From Promethearchaeota archaeon Loki_b31 (lineage in GTDB: Archaea; Asgardarchaeota; Lokiarchaeia; Sigyniarchaeales; SOKP01), in assembly GCA_005222975.1 (NCBI GenBank), contig NJBI01000002.1, positions 32,001-96,000 of the forward strand: DNA of 64,000 nucleotides, read 5' to 3'. Numbering within the stretch: the stretch's first letter is position 1; each line of letters starts with the position of its first letter. Shown here in pieces: positions 18,858 through 29,247 of this stretch. The translations under genes and the position numbers were made by a program. The notes beneath the pieces are model-generated. The model was not told where the DNA came from and searched no databases. It saw nothing but the letters and a program-made list of their open reading frames with translations.

Positions 18858-20515
18858 CTAACTTTTTAATTCTTCCAAAACGCTTGGAACTATGATGAAA
18901 GGACACTCAAGATAGTATTTAAGTCTCATCTCCAGAGTTTCAACCGTTCGCATTCCGAACTGCGTTTGATACAGTTTGTTAATCTTTCTCATGGTCGATT
19001 CATCAACTACTTTTATCGACTTAACGTTCTTTAACGCCGGATATTTCTTAATTAGCACTTGGAAACGAAAGATTTGCTCCTCACACCTTATTAGCGTATC
19101 TACGGCACTTTTAAGCCAAGAATGACAATTTTCTGAAACAAGCCTTAATAAGAAGTTTAAAGAACATCGTTTTGCAGGGGAGAGGCGAAATTGATAATAA
19201 AATTTAGTCATGATTCTACGGATTGGGCGAAGCCACGGAAATTTTACCAGTGCTTTTCTTAACGCTTTCTTTTCGAATCGATCCATGTTTATTGGGTTCA
19301 TTAAAACCAAGTATTTTGCGTCTTGGAAACCAGATTTTAAGTCTTCTAATTCTTTGCGAAAAGAACGGATAATTGCCCTCCACGCTCGATAAACCCTTGA
19401 ATTAAAGGTTTTGAGCCCTTTCTCGGTAAGACCGTGTGCGGGAATGAACGACCCGCATTTTTCTTTTAATAGATTCGCACCTTTCCAGTGAGTCAATGAC
19501 AATTCACTCAAAAATTGGATGAAGCGAGTTTCAATCTTAGCAGGGTTGCTTAACGAAAAAAGTGAGCGGAGCTTCAAGTAGATCTGCCAAGCTTTTTTAG
19601 AATCGGCAAATTTTAATTCCCTTTGCTTGTTATTCCGTTTTTTCGCTTCAAACTCTAAAGAAAGGCGTCCTAAGGACGACAATTCCTGAATTTCATCTTG
19701 ATATTTTTCGTTTTTAAGCCTCGTTAACTCTTTTAATAAGCCCCTATTTAAAAGTTGAGGTGCGTGGAAGGCACATTTTAGAATTTGCTCTTCGTTAAAA
19801 AATTGTTTCACGCCAGCTTCAAGGCGGGCGGAAAAATCAATAGTCACGTAATTGATTGGTCCTAACCACTCTATTAATTTTTCCACGAAAAATGCCGTGT
19901 CTTCTTCGCTTTCGCTTTTAACTATGGCTCCTGCAAGGTTCTTTTTTGTAACTCGGTCGTTTGCTACGAGTATTCCTTTCTTGTCTACTTTTTTGTTCCC
20001 GTTTTGAGATCGTTTTTTTTTGTAGTCGCCGCTTTAAACGTCCCGTCAATGGAAATGAATCCCGAAAAATCTTTTGGAGGTTCTTCGTTAGAAAAATCAA
20101 CGTTTAATTCGCCCCGTTTTCCCTCTTTATCGACCCATAATTTAACTTCACTAACAGAAACTTCTACGTTATGTAACTCGTTAAGATCCTTAGTTACGCG
20201 ACGAATAGAATCTCCTTCTTTTAATATTCTTAATGTAGCGTATTTTATTACTCCGGGCATGTATGAAGTGCGAGGAGGTATGAGGGGATGCCTGATCGTG
20301 AATGTTTTCTTACAATCCTTACAAATGAATGTTACTTTCTCGTATCTTATCCGCCTACAGATCGTCGGCGTGCCAAGGTCTTGAATTGTTCGCATTTTAT
20401 ACGTTTTGCGTTTAATTTTTTCGCTACCGCAAGAGGGACATTTTTCAGGGAAGAAATCTGCGTCCGAATGCTCGCGAATTTCAACTTCTAACTTATCTTC
20501 GTGTTTTTTTTCCAT
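18858..20515 (-). mobile_element. IS-type DDE transposase (ISL3-like N-terminal Zn finger) in two ORFs joined by a -1 frameshift
   Basis: orfA 20515..19985 has CPSC...CKDC, an HTH and ISIDGTF. The -1 frame is open from the A9 and A-AAA-AAG runs into orfB 19886..18858 (VTIDF, CAFH). Element ends not resolved. Confidence 0.8.
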
Positions 20516-20818
20516 GAATAATATTTGTTTTTTGAAGATTTAAGTTTTTTGTTTCAATTGGTTGGTAGAATTGGAGGATACGGGAATTGAGATGCGTAAT
20601 AAGAAGCAAGCTATACTTTTTAGAGGAAATTTACTTGATAAGCTAAATAAGTTGAATAAAACACAAATTTTGTCGAATGAAAACACTTAAATGATTTATT
20701 AGCTATTCTTTAATAAACATACTCTATTTTTTAAAAGAATTAGCAATTGATTTTTTAATTTTAAAATCTAATTTTTATAAATTGATGTTGATTTCGTTCT
20801 TATGCTAATTATTTTGAC

Positions 20819-21511
20819 TTAAAGACCGCTCGTACTTGTAAGAAGAACCATAATATAATCGGCAACGCCTTCAATAGAATCGGAAATAGCTTCCAAAATA
20901 TCGAATATGTTTCCTATAGTAAAAATTGTAAAAAAATTTACGTTGTAGTCTGTTTCTTGAAGGCTTTTTCTTAATTTAATATTTAATAGGTCCACTTCGT
21001 GTTCGTATTGATTTATTAGCTTAGCGTACGGTCTCACATTTTTCCTTTCTTCCACTAAATCAATCACAAGCTTATCTAAATATTCAACTGCTTCTACGGT
21101 TGTTTCTATTATTTTCAAGATAATACTTACAGTCTCTTCGCTACATTGTTCCCAAAAACTTATTGGTATCGTAAGAATTCTTCGAGCAACACCAGTACTA
21201 CAATTTGCTACATCATCCAATCTTTTTACTAAATGTGATAAGTTTTGTCTTATGCTGGGGTTTAATTCTCCTTTAGAGACGTCTTTTTGGATTCTCCTTC
21301 TTAATTTATCCGCATCGTCTTCTAGAAGATCAACTTTTAGAAAATTTTTATTAGCTTTTTCGAGATTTTTGTCTTTTAATAATAAATTTAACCCAACTTC
21401 TAATTCTTTCACGCATTCTTGAACGATTTGCGCGTGTTTGATCGTTTTTTCCAAGACATTTAAAGCCGTTTCTCTTTTTAAAAATTCTATTAATGAACCC
21501 ATTTTTATCAC
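20819..21511 (-). CDS. DUF47/PhoU-like phosphate transport regulator
   Basis: E-x2-AD-x2-RR, D-x-VA, EHEVD and E-x-ISD-x2-E-x2-AD motifs; next to PiT. Confidence 0.88.
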   Translation of the reverse strand: MIKMGSLIEFLKRETALNVLEKTIKHAQIVQECVKELEVGLNLLLKDKNLEKANKNFLKVDLLEDDADKLRRRIQKDVSKGELNPSIRQNLSHLVKRLDDVANCSTGVARRILTIPISFWEQCSEETVSIILKIIETTVEAVEYLDKLVIDLVEERKNVRPYAKLINQYEHEVDLLNIKLRKSLQETDYNVNFFTIFTIGNIFDILEAISDSIEGVADYIMVLLTSTSGL

Positions 21512-21564
21512 ATTTTTTTATTTTTTTGTAATGCTCTATATTACAATATATTATATATATTTTA

Positions 21565-22596
21565 TTAGGTTAATCCAAATAAATTAAATCCAAAATAAAT
21601 AAACCCAGCAAAAGCAGCAGCTATTGGAAAAGTAAGAACCCAATATATCCCCATTTTTCCTAATCCTTTATAATCTACTTCTTTTTTTTGAGCTAAACCC
21701 ATACCAATTATACAAAATACGATGACGTGACTATGAGATATTGGTAAACTTAATAATGTAGCAACCATCAAAATTAAGGCAGTACTTAATTGAATAATTA
21801 AACCTTCGCTCGGACGAGAATCAATCATTTGCGACGCTAAGTTTCTAATTACATATCGTGCGGCAATATATATTCCAATACAAGAAGCAATCCCGCATAT
21901 AAATGCGTAGAATAAATACTGCCCCATATCCAACGAGCCATTGTCCAATAACCCATAAAGGATACCTAAGGCCTCGCCCGAATTTGCTCCCACCCATATC
22001 TCGGCAAAGATAACAGTAATTAACAATAACCATTTGAAAATCTTTTCAGAATTCTCGATCTGGTTCAAACCTTTTAATTTGGATAAATAAGTTTTAGCAA
22101 TTATTTTAAAAAGTACAAAAGTAATAATTAAACCAAACACAGGCGATATAAACCAACTAAGGACAACATTTCCCAATTTAACCCAATTAAACGATGTTTC
22201 TGGATTTACTCCTCCTTGTAAAAAAGAATACACGATTACAACTCCAACTATGCTCCCTATTAATGAGTGAGTGCTGCTTAAAGGAATTCCCGCGAAACTC
22301 CCAATTACTAACCAAATTATACTGCTTATCAAAACAGTTAACAACATAAAAGTAGTATAAGTTAAACCCTCTCCTAATAAATCAGCACCTACAGTTTTTG
22401 CTACAAACGCAAAGCTAAAGGAGAACATCCCAGCACCAACGGCTATACCCCCAATTAATAATGCAACCTTAAACTTCAAAACTCCTGCTCCTACTAACGA
22501 AGATAAAGTTTCGTCATTAGCGCCTATAGCGAATGCAAGGGAGATTGCCAAAAAAATTAAAACGATAACTAAAATTGAAGTTAGGTCGCCCGCCAT
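21565..22596 (-). CDS. Inorganic phosphate transporter (PiT family)
   Basis: IGAND, PLSSTHS, GAN and PISHSH repeats; multi-TM. Confidence 0.92.
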   Translation of the reverse strand: MAGDLTSILVIVLIFLAISLAFAIGANDETLSSLVGAGVLKFKVALLIGGIAVGAGMFSFSFAFVAKTVGADLLGEGLTYTTFMLLTVLISSIIWLVIGSFAGIPLSSTHSLIGSIVGVVIVYSFLQGGVNPETSFNWVKLGNVVLSWFISPVFGLIITFVLFKIIAKTYLSKLKGLNQIENSEKIFKWLLLITVIFAEIWVGANSGEALGILYGLLDNGSLDMGQYLFYAFICGIASCIGIYIAARYVIRNLASQMIDSRPSEGLIIQLSTALILMVATLLSLPISHSHVIVFCIIGMGLAQKKEVDYKGLGKMGIYWVLTFPIAAAFAGFIYFGFNLFGLT

Positions 22597-22617
22597 ATTA
22601 AATCGTAGTTTTATATT

Positions 22618-23280
22618 TTAATCGAAAATTAAATATTTAGTCGCTAAAAATTGAATGTACTCTGAAAAACTCTTGATGTGGTCAGCCAACATCATTACAC
22701 CTTCTATTAATTCTTTCAAGTAAAGGAAGGTCCTTGATAAATAATCCATATCATAATTATACAGCCTGTTAAGAAGTTGCCACTCTTCTATTCTCATCTT
22801 ACGCCTTTCGTTTTTGATATTTTCGCAGATATCGTGAGCTTTGATTAAATCAGAACCAATAAATTTGATTGCGTCTGTTAATTGACTTGAAATCAATTTT
22901 AATGATTTAAGTATATTCAGTATTTGGAGTTTAAACTCTTCATCAGGAAATACAACTCTATAAAGGAGCATTTTGTTAGCAGAAAATTCTCCAATATTTT
23001 TGATATCGTTAATTTTATTAAATAGTTTTAGCCTATCCGCCTTTGAAAACATTAACTTAGATTTAAATATCTTAGATTCAAAAGCTTTTTTGATTCGAAC
23101 TTCAGTGTTAGTCTCAATGACATAATTTAGGTTTTGTGTGAAATTGTCAAAATCTTCCTCGACAAGAAATTCAATACCTTCAATTAATTTCAAATTTTGT
23201 TCGTTTATGTTGTCAACAAATAAGTGCGTTAATTCATCAATACTTAATTTTTTTAGCTCTTTCTCACTTATCTCCTTCAT
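22618..23280 (-). CDS. Divergent DUF47/PhoU-like helical protein
   Basis: Helical repeat with DR-x2-L-x3-I-x-DI and LADHI; first gene of the PiT operon. Confidence 0.65.
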   Translation of the reverse strand: MKEISEKELKKLSIDELTHLFVDNINEQNLKLIEGIEFLVEEDFDNFTQNLNYVIETNTEVRIKKAFESKIFKSKLMFSKADRLKLFNKINDIKNIGEFSANKMLLYRVVFPDEEFKLQILNILKSLKLISSQLTDAIKFIGSDLIKAHDICENIKNERRKMRIEEWQLLNRLYNYDMDYLSRTFLYLKELIEGVMMLADHIKSFSEYIQFLATKYLIFD

Positions 23281-23460
23281 ACTGAATATAACCCTTGAGA
23301 ATTCTTAAATTTTTGATATATACGATATATATAATTAATAATTTCTATTGGGAATTTAATTTTACCATTTTTTTATTAATACCAAAATATATACATTGTA
23401 TGTTAGAAAACTAGTAGCCTTACTTGAAATTTAAATTAATTTTTTTATTATCACCTTAAG

Positions 23461-23706
23461 ATGCGCAATGTTCAAAAGTTCTACTTTTTTCGGTGTTATC
23501 ACTGTGGTGAATGGTTTTATAGCAATAAGATATTAAAATCAAAAAAATGTTGGAAATGTAGTCGGTCGTTTCAGTTTAAAAATTCTTTTAAAATTTCCAA
23601 GATGGTAACGCTCCAAGAAGCCATTAAAACTATCAAGAAACTAAAGATGAGTGGAGAAAAAGAATCTCTTTTTTATTATCTTAACCCAAAAGATAATTTT
23701 AAATGA
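23461..23706 (+). CDS. Small Zn-ribbon protein (DUF1922-like)
   Basis: FRCYHCG...KKCWKC. Confidence 0.65.
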   Translation: MRNVQKFYFFRCYHCGEWFYSNKILKSKKCWKCSRSFQFKNSFKISKMVTLQEAIKTIKKLKMSGEKESLFYYLNPKDNFK

Positions 23707-23811
23707 AAATTATTATAAAAAATAAAATTATTTAAACCTCTATTCTTCAATCTTTTTAAGATTCTAAATATAATATTATTAAATTTTTATTAATAATTCA
23801 TATACGGTGAT

Positions 23812-25275
23812 TTGGTGAATACTACGGAAATTAAAGACGAATTAAAGCTATTTGATAACAGTTTTATAAATCACTTAACTCAAGAAGCGGGAAACCAGAT
23901 CGATTATTGGGACATAAGAGCAACGATAAGCAATGGAACAACTATAGATTTTACGGATCAAAAAAGTACAGAAATCTCTTCCTATGAAATTACAAATTGT
24001 GGAATACGAACTTTTGTAAATGGGGGAGTAGGATTTTATGTGTTGAAAGATCTTAACAAAGATTTAATTAAAACAAGCTTTTTGAAATCGATTAAGCTAG
24101 CTAAATTAACAGAGTCTTTATCAAAACACAAGTTCAAAATCAAAGAAGTTGATCCTATTAGGAAAAACTTTAAAATTAAGAGTAAGAGAAAGCTTGCAGA
24201 TGTAGATATTGAAGAAAAGATTCTTCTCGTAAAACATCACGAAAAGCTTGCATCTACTTATTCTAAAAAGGTAAAAAATACGCATACGATTTACATGGAT
24301 GGCGTTAAAAGCTATGTTTTTATAAACTCGTTTGGTAGTAATATTTATCAAGATTTTTCATATTTACGCTTACTGAACATAGTTTATTCCCAAAAAGGGG
24401 GTGTAATCCAAAGATCGATTAATTCTGTCGGAGGTTTAGGGGGGTTCGAAATATTATCTACAGAAAAAGCAGAAAATTTAAGCGTTAAAACAGCAAAAGA
24501 ATCGATTCAATTATTAGAAGCAAAATCTCCTGTTGGAGGAAAATTTACGATTATAGCCGATCCTAAACTTGCCGGAACCTTAATTCACGAAGCACTTGGA
24601 CACGCTTGTGAAGCAGATTTGGTTTTGAGCAAAGAAAGCATATTGGAAGGAAAGATTGGTCAAGAAGTGGCTTTTGACGATATTAATGTAGTAGATGATC
24701 CCTCAATGGGACAAGGTTCTAAATTTGGATTACCATATGAGTTATTTGGGAGTTATTTTGTAGACGATGAAGGTATCCCTTCCCAAAAAACAGTACTAAT
24801 TGAAAATGGAGTGTTTAAAAATTATTTACATAACTTAGAAACCTCTTCTAGAATGAATGTACCTCCAAATGGCCATGGAAGAGCTTCATCTAGCTCTTCT
24901 AAACCTCAAGTTCGAATGGGATTTACTTATATCGAACCAAAAGACTGGAATGTCGATGAAATGATTCAAGACACAAAAAACGGAATTCTTTGTGAAGATT
25001 TTTTATACGGTTATACGAATCCGACCACAGGAAACTTCCAATTTAAGTGTAAGTTTTCCTATAAAATTAAAAATGGAGAAAAACAGGAATTGATGAGAGA
25101 TGTTGCGTTGTCAGGTATGATTTTAGAAGTTTTAAAAAAAATCTCCGCTATTGGTGATAATAATACATTCACCTTTTCATCTGGAATATGTGGTAAGGGT
25201 GGCCAGAGCGTTCATGTAAGTGATGGAGGGCCATACATTAGGATCGACAATATAACCGTAGGGGGATTGAATTAA
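23812..25275 (+). CDS. tldD: TldD family metalloprotease
   Basis: HEALGH-x2-E-x-D, DDEG, NGHGR, CGKGGQ and DGGP motifs. Confidence 0.93.
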   Translation: MVNTTEIKDELKLFDNSFINHLTQEAGNQIDYWDIRATISNGTTIDFTDQKSTEISSYEITNCGIRTFVNGGVGFYVLKDLNKDLIKTSFLKSIKLAKLTESLSKHKFKIKEVDPIRKNFKIKSKRKLADVDIEEKILLVKHHEKLASTYSKKVKNTHTIYMDGVKSYVFINSFGSNIYQDFSYLRLLNIVYSQKGGVIQRSINSVGGLGGFEILSTEKAENLSVKTAKESIQLLEAKSPVGGKFTIIADPKLAGTLIHEALGHACEADLVLSKESILEGKIGQEVAFDDINVVDDPSMGQGSKFGLPYELFGSYFVDDEGIPSQKTVLIENGVFKNYLHNLETSSRMNVPPNGHGRASSSSSKPQVRMGFTYIEPKDWNVDEMIQDTKNGILCEDFLYGYTNPTTGNFQFKCKFSYKIKNGEKQELMRDVALSGMILEVLKKISAIGDNNTFTFSSGICGKGGQSVHVSDGGPYIRIDNITVGGLN

Positions 25276-26652
25276 ATGGATAATACGATTGATATTTTTG
25301 AGCTTGCCAATTATGGGATAAAAATCGCCGAAAAAAAAGCTCCAAATTTTAAATGCGCAGAAATTTTCGTTGGCAAGAACGAATATACTAATATTGAACT
25401 CGAAGAAAATTCAATAAAATACAGTGAAATTGGAAGTGACCATGGAGTTTCGATTAGAATTTACAATAAAAGAGGTTCTCTAGGGTTTGCGTTTACAAAC
25501 AAATTAAATAAAAGAATTATTGAAAAAATTATTAAAAACGCTATAAAAATGATGAATGCAGGCACTGCCGATCCTAACTTTCAAAATTTGCCATTAAAAT
25601 ACAAAACTTATCCTAATGTTAAACAATTATACGATATCAGTATAAAAACATTAACCATCGAAGACTCAATTGAATACGTTAAAGAATTGATTAAAGTATG
25701 TAAAGACGATGACTTAGCGATTTCTCAATCTGGTGATTTCACATCTAATTGCAATATCTCCTATGTATTCAATTCAAATGATATTGAAGTGTTTGAAAAA
25801 GAAACCGAATTTTCAATTTCATCAAACATTATTGTAAAAAATAAAAGTACTGGAGAGACTTCAAATGGGTACGAATCCCAAATGAAAAGAAAACTAAAGG
25901 ATATTAACGGAATAAATACCGCGATTGAAGCTTTAAAAAACGCGAAAAGAAATCTTAATAGAATTAAAATTAAGACCAAAAAGATGCCTATAATTTTATC
26001 TCCTAAAGGGACTATTAATCTTATTTTAAACCCAATTGCTTCCGCCATAAACGCAGAACAATTTCAATATAAACGAAGTTTTCTGGTTGATAAGAGAGAA
26101 GAAGTTATTGGTTCTGAATATTTAACTCTTGAAGATAACGCATTGATAGATGGTGCTGTAGGATCTAGTAATTTCGATGGAGAGGGCGTCCCTTGCAAAA
26201 ATAAAAAAATTATTGATGAAGGAATTTTTTTGAAATCGGGCTTATTACACAACAGTTATACAGCAGGGAAGGAAGGCGTTGAAAGCACTGGAAACGCTTC
26301 TAGAAGGTCCTTTAGTTCTGTCCCTTCCATAGGTATATCAAATTTCGTTATGCAAACTGGAACTTCTTCTATAGAAGAAATGATACAAGATGTTAAAGAG
26401 GGCATATTCTTAAATTCTACCGGAGATTCTGCAAATATTGCTACAGGGGACTTTAGTGGATTAATCTCTCAAGGAAATTTAATTATAGATGGAGAAATAA
26501 AACAAGCTTTAAATGAAACTATGTTTGGAATAAATCTATTGGATTTATTTAAAAATATTGATGCCGTATCAAAAGATTATAGAATTTATGGGCCATTTAA
26601 AGCCCCGTATGTAAGGGTTAACGATGTACAAATTATAGGATCTAAAAATTAA
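25276..26652 (+). CDS. pmbA: PmbA/TldE family protein
   Basis: FDGEG, STGNA and TGDFS motifs, no HExxxH; abuts tldD. Confidence 0.9.
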   Translation: MDNTIDIFELANYGIKIAEKKAPNFKCAEIFVGKNEYTNIELEENSIKYSEIGSDHGVSIRIYNKRGSLGFAFTNKLNKRIIEKIIKNAIKMMNAGTADPNFQNLPLKYKTYPNVKQLYDISIKTLTIEDSIEYVKELIKVCKDDDLAISQSGDFTSNCNISYVFNSNDIEVFEKETEFSISSNIIVKNKSTGETSNGYESQMKRKLKDINGINTAIEALKNAKRNLNRIKIKTKKMPIILSPKGTINLILNPIASAINAEQFQYKRSFLVDKREEVIGSEYLTLEDNALIDGAVGSSNFDGEGVPCKNKKIIDEGIFLKSGLLHNSYTAGKEGVESTGNASRRSFSSVPSIGISNFVMQTGTSSIEEMIQDVKEGIFLNSTGDSANIATGDFSGLISQGNLIIDGEIKQALNETMFGINLLDLFKNIDAVSKDYRIYGPFKAPYVRVNDVQIIGSKN

Positions 26653-26691
26653 ATTATTATGATTTAGTTTATTGCTATAATTTCACGATTA

Positions 26692-27216
26692 TTAAAAAGT
26701 AATATTTAATTTTAAAAATACCACATCATAAAATCTTCTAATACCTACAGAAGGGATTTCCCATAATTCCGCAATTATAATTTGATTCATTCCGGCCTGT
26801 GAAAAGGAAACATTAAATGCACTTGAAATCCAAACCTCTCTATGATGTAAAGTAATTGTCGACGAATTTACAAATGAGGTCGCGTTTAACGAGGGTGATG
26901 AGCCTAGTACAGTATCGTTATTTCCCTTCAAAATTTCTATATGGAATGAAAAATCCCGATTTAAATAATTTCCAACAGAAATATAAAAAGTAATATTTTC
27001 ATCAACTGCAGCATTTGTAGGGTAATTTTCTGCTTTTTTGTCAGAATTCAAAATACCAAGATACCAATAACCCGGTTTAGGAGTTAATACGGCATAAATT
27101 ATAAAGCCAGATACAATAATTATACCGATAATTAAGAGAATCTTGAGAATTTTATCAAATTCTTCATAACTGTTAAGTACTTTTTTTTTTCCTTCTTTAA
27201 GATTCATTTTGAACAT
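26692..27216 (-). CDS. DUF1616-like membrane-anchored protein
   Basis: One TM, then ILN-x3-KAENYP and VGNYL. Confidence 0.7.
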   Translation of the reverse strand: MFKMNLKEGKKKVLNSYEEFDKILKILLIIGIIIVSGFIIYAVLTPKPGYWYLGILNSDKKAENYPTNAAVDENITFYISVGNYLNRDFSFHIEILKGNNDTVLGSSPSLNATSFVNSSTITLHHREVWISSAFNVSFSQAGMNQIIIAELWEIPSVGIRRFYDVVFLKLNITF

Positions 27217-28270
27217 TATCTTTAAACCAAGCTATTGTTTTCAATAACCCATCTTTTAGAGAAGTTGTAGGTTGCCAATTTAGAATTTTTTTAGCTTTTC
27301 TTAAATCAGCAGATCTTCTAACAGGATCGTCAATAGGTAAAGACTTGAATACAATTTCTGAATTAGAATTAGTCAATTCTGTTATGATTTTAGCTAATTG
27401 TAAAATAGTGTATTCTTTATCGTTACCCAAATTAATCACTTCTCCAATTGCTTCGTCTTTATAAACTGTCTTTAAAATTCCTTCAATCTCATCTACAACA
27501 TAAATGAAAGAGCGAGTTTGAGAACCATCGCCAAAAATTGTTATATCTTCGTCGCTTAACGCTTGACGAATAAAGTTTGGAACAACTCTTCCAAACTCCG
27601 GCCCAGATCTGATTCTTGGTCCCGAAGTGTTAAAGATTCTTACTACCTTCGTTCTCATTTCGTGTTGTAATTCATACGCCTTGACAAAAGCTTCTCCAGC
27701 CCTTTTAGACTCATCGTAACAACTTCTGGGACCTACAGGGTTTACATGCCCAAAATAGGTCTCAGATGTCGGAATTGCTTCATCGGGAGGATTACCATAC
27801 ACTTCCGAAGTACTTGTATAGAAAAATAACGCATTATGGGCTTTCGCAATACCTAAAGCGTTCATGGTTCCAAGAGTATTACTTTTTAGTATTGGAATTG
27901 GAAATCTTTTGAATTCAAATGGAGACGCCCTGCTAGCCATATGCATAACAATATCAATTCTCTTAATATCGCCCACGCAAATCCCGTTTGGATGATGAGT
28001 CAATCCAAAATAAATAGGTTTAGAAATATCGTGATTAATAAAACGGAAATATTCTTTTTCCATCAAATGAGAGATGTTATCGAACCTCCCTGAAGATAAA
28101 TTATCTAAACATATGCAATATGCCCCTTGTTTTACTAGAACATCGCACACCCAAGAACCTAGGAATCCTGCGCCTCCAGTTACTAAAATAGTTTTATCTT
28201 GAAATGAAATATTATCTTTTCTTAGGCGATTAATTATTTCAGTAATATCATCTTGTATCTTATAAGTCAT
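27197..28270 (-). CDS. NAD-dependent epimerase/dehydratase (UDP-glucuronate decarboxylase-like)
   Basis: TGGAGFLGS, STSEVYG, GPRSCYDESKR and GDGSQTRSF motifs. Confidence 0.92.
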   Translation of the reverse strand: MTYKIQDDITEIINRLRKDNISFQDKTILVTGGAGFLGSWVCDVLVKQGAYCICLDNLSSGRFDNISHLMEKEYFRFINHDISKPIYFGLTHHPNGICVGDIKRIDIVMHMASRASPFEFKRFPIPILKSNTLGTMNALGIAKAHNALFFYTSTSEVYGNPPDEAIPTSETYFGHVNPVGPRSCYDESKRAGEAFVKAYELQHEMRTKVVRIFNTSGPRIRSGPEFGRVVPNFIRQALSDEDITIFGDGSQTRSFIYVVDEIEGILKTVYKDEAIGEVINLGNDKEYTILQLAKIITELTNSNSEIVFKSLPIDDPVRRSADLRKAKKILNWQPTTSLKDGLLKTIAWFKDNVQNES

Positions 28271-28342
28271 TTTTACAACGCCTTTTTATCTTTATAAAAT
28301 TTTCAAAAAATTATAAATAATTAATTTCCTAATATAGTAGAA

Positions 28343-28933
28343 TTAGCGAGTTTTTTCCCCACAATATTGGCAGTATTTTAGCTCTAAGGGATAAAATTTA
28401 TTACAACTAGAACATTTTTTTAAAGAATTCTTGAGAATCTGTCGTCCAAGCATCTCGAAGACATTTTCTACATTTTCTCCCGTCTTTGAAGAAACTCCAA
28501 TTATTTCTCCTTGAAATTTGTATTTATTAAATAGTTCGTTAGCGTCTTCATGTTTGACTTCCCTTTGGTTTTCTAAATCAATCTTAGCTTCAATCATTAA
28601 TTTTGTTTTTGGAGAATTTGGAACTGAAGTAATAACCTTAACCCAATCGTGAAGATCTTTTAAGGAATCTCTATTCGTAATGTCATATAGAATAAGAGCT
28701 CCAGAAGCGCCCGAGACGTAAGAGGGTAATAAAAGACGAAACTTTTTTTCTCCAGCAAAATCCCAAATGTTGAGAAGTATCTCTGTATCGTCCACTACAA
28801 CCTTTTTTGTTTCGAAATCAACCCCTATTGTCGATAAAGTTGATTTATCAAACTTTCCAGTGGCATAGCGCCTAATGAGAGATGTTTTTCCTACATTTTT
28901 AGCACCTGCTACTATTACTTTAAATTTGATAAT
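28343..28933 (-). CDS. Rab-like small GTPase with C-terminal Zn ribbon (start uncertain, probably non-canonical)
   Basis: Upstream of the track start (28795) the frame encodes KFKVIVAGAKNVGKTS...TIGVDF. Then WDFAGE, variant G4 EAKID, SSK and a CSSC...CQYC tail. Confidence 0.88.
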   Translation of the reverse strand: MIKFKVIVAGAKNVGKTSLIRRYATGKFDKSTLSTIGVDFETKKVVVDDTEILLNIWDFAGEKKFRLLLPSYVSGASGALILYDITNRDSLKDLHDWVKVITSVPNSPKTKLMIEAKIDLENQREVKHEDANELFNKYKFQGEIIGVSSKTGENVENVFEMLGRQILKNSLKKCSSCNKFYPLELKYCQYCGEKTR

Positions 28934-29247
28934 TGTTTTTACACCAAGTTTTTTTGATTATAATCTTATTATTGTAAATATTAGAATAAAAGTATTAATC
29001 TTTAATCATAAAAATTTTATTACTAAATTTAATTGTTTGTTTTTTCAATTTTTAAAAAATTTCTCATGCAATTATGAAATTTTATTACAACCTTTTTAGT
29101 ATTATTTGCCATAAAAAGTATCCTTTTATTTCTAGAATTCAATTTTAAATAAAAAAATACTAAATTTACTTCCACGCGTGTGTTCTTTCGCTTTTACATT
29201 AAAAACTATAAGCAATATTTTAATAGAAAAAAAAATATTGTCAAATC

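Noticed and set aside
18853-20707. Possible IS terminal inverted repeats AATAGCTAA / TTAGCTATT
   Set aside because: Only 9 AT-rich bp and flanks are not an exact target duplication; ends left undefined.
23812-26652. TldD/PmbA as maturation protease for the Cys-rich peptides (RiPP hypothesis)
   Set aside because: About 28 kb away and widespread in archaea; no radical SAM, YcaO or transporter gene next to the peptides.
29173-29180. Palindrome CACGCGTG upstream of the aminotransferase
   Set aside because: Single 8-mer that also occurs inside a coding region near 56524; no supporting evidence.
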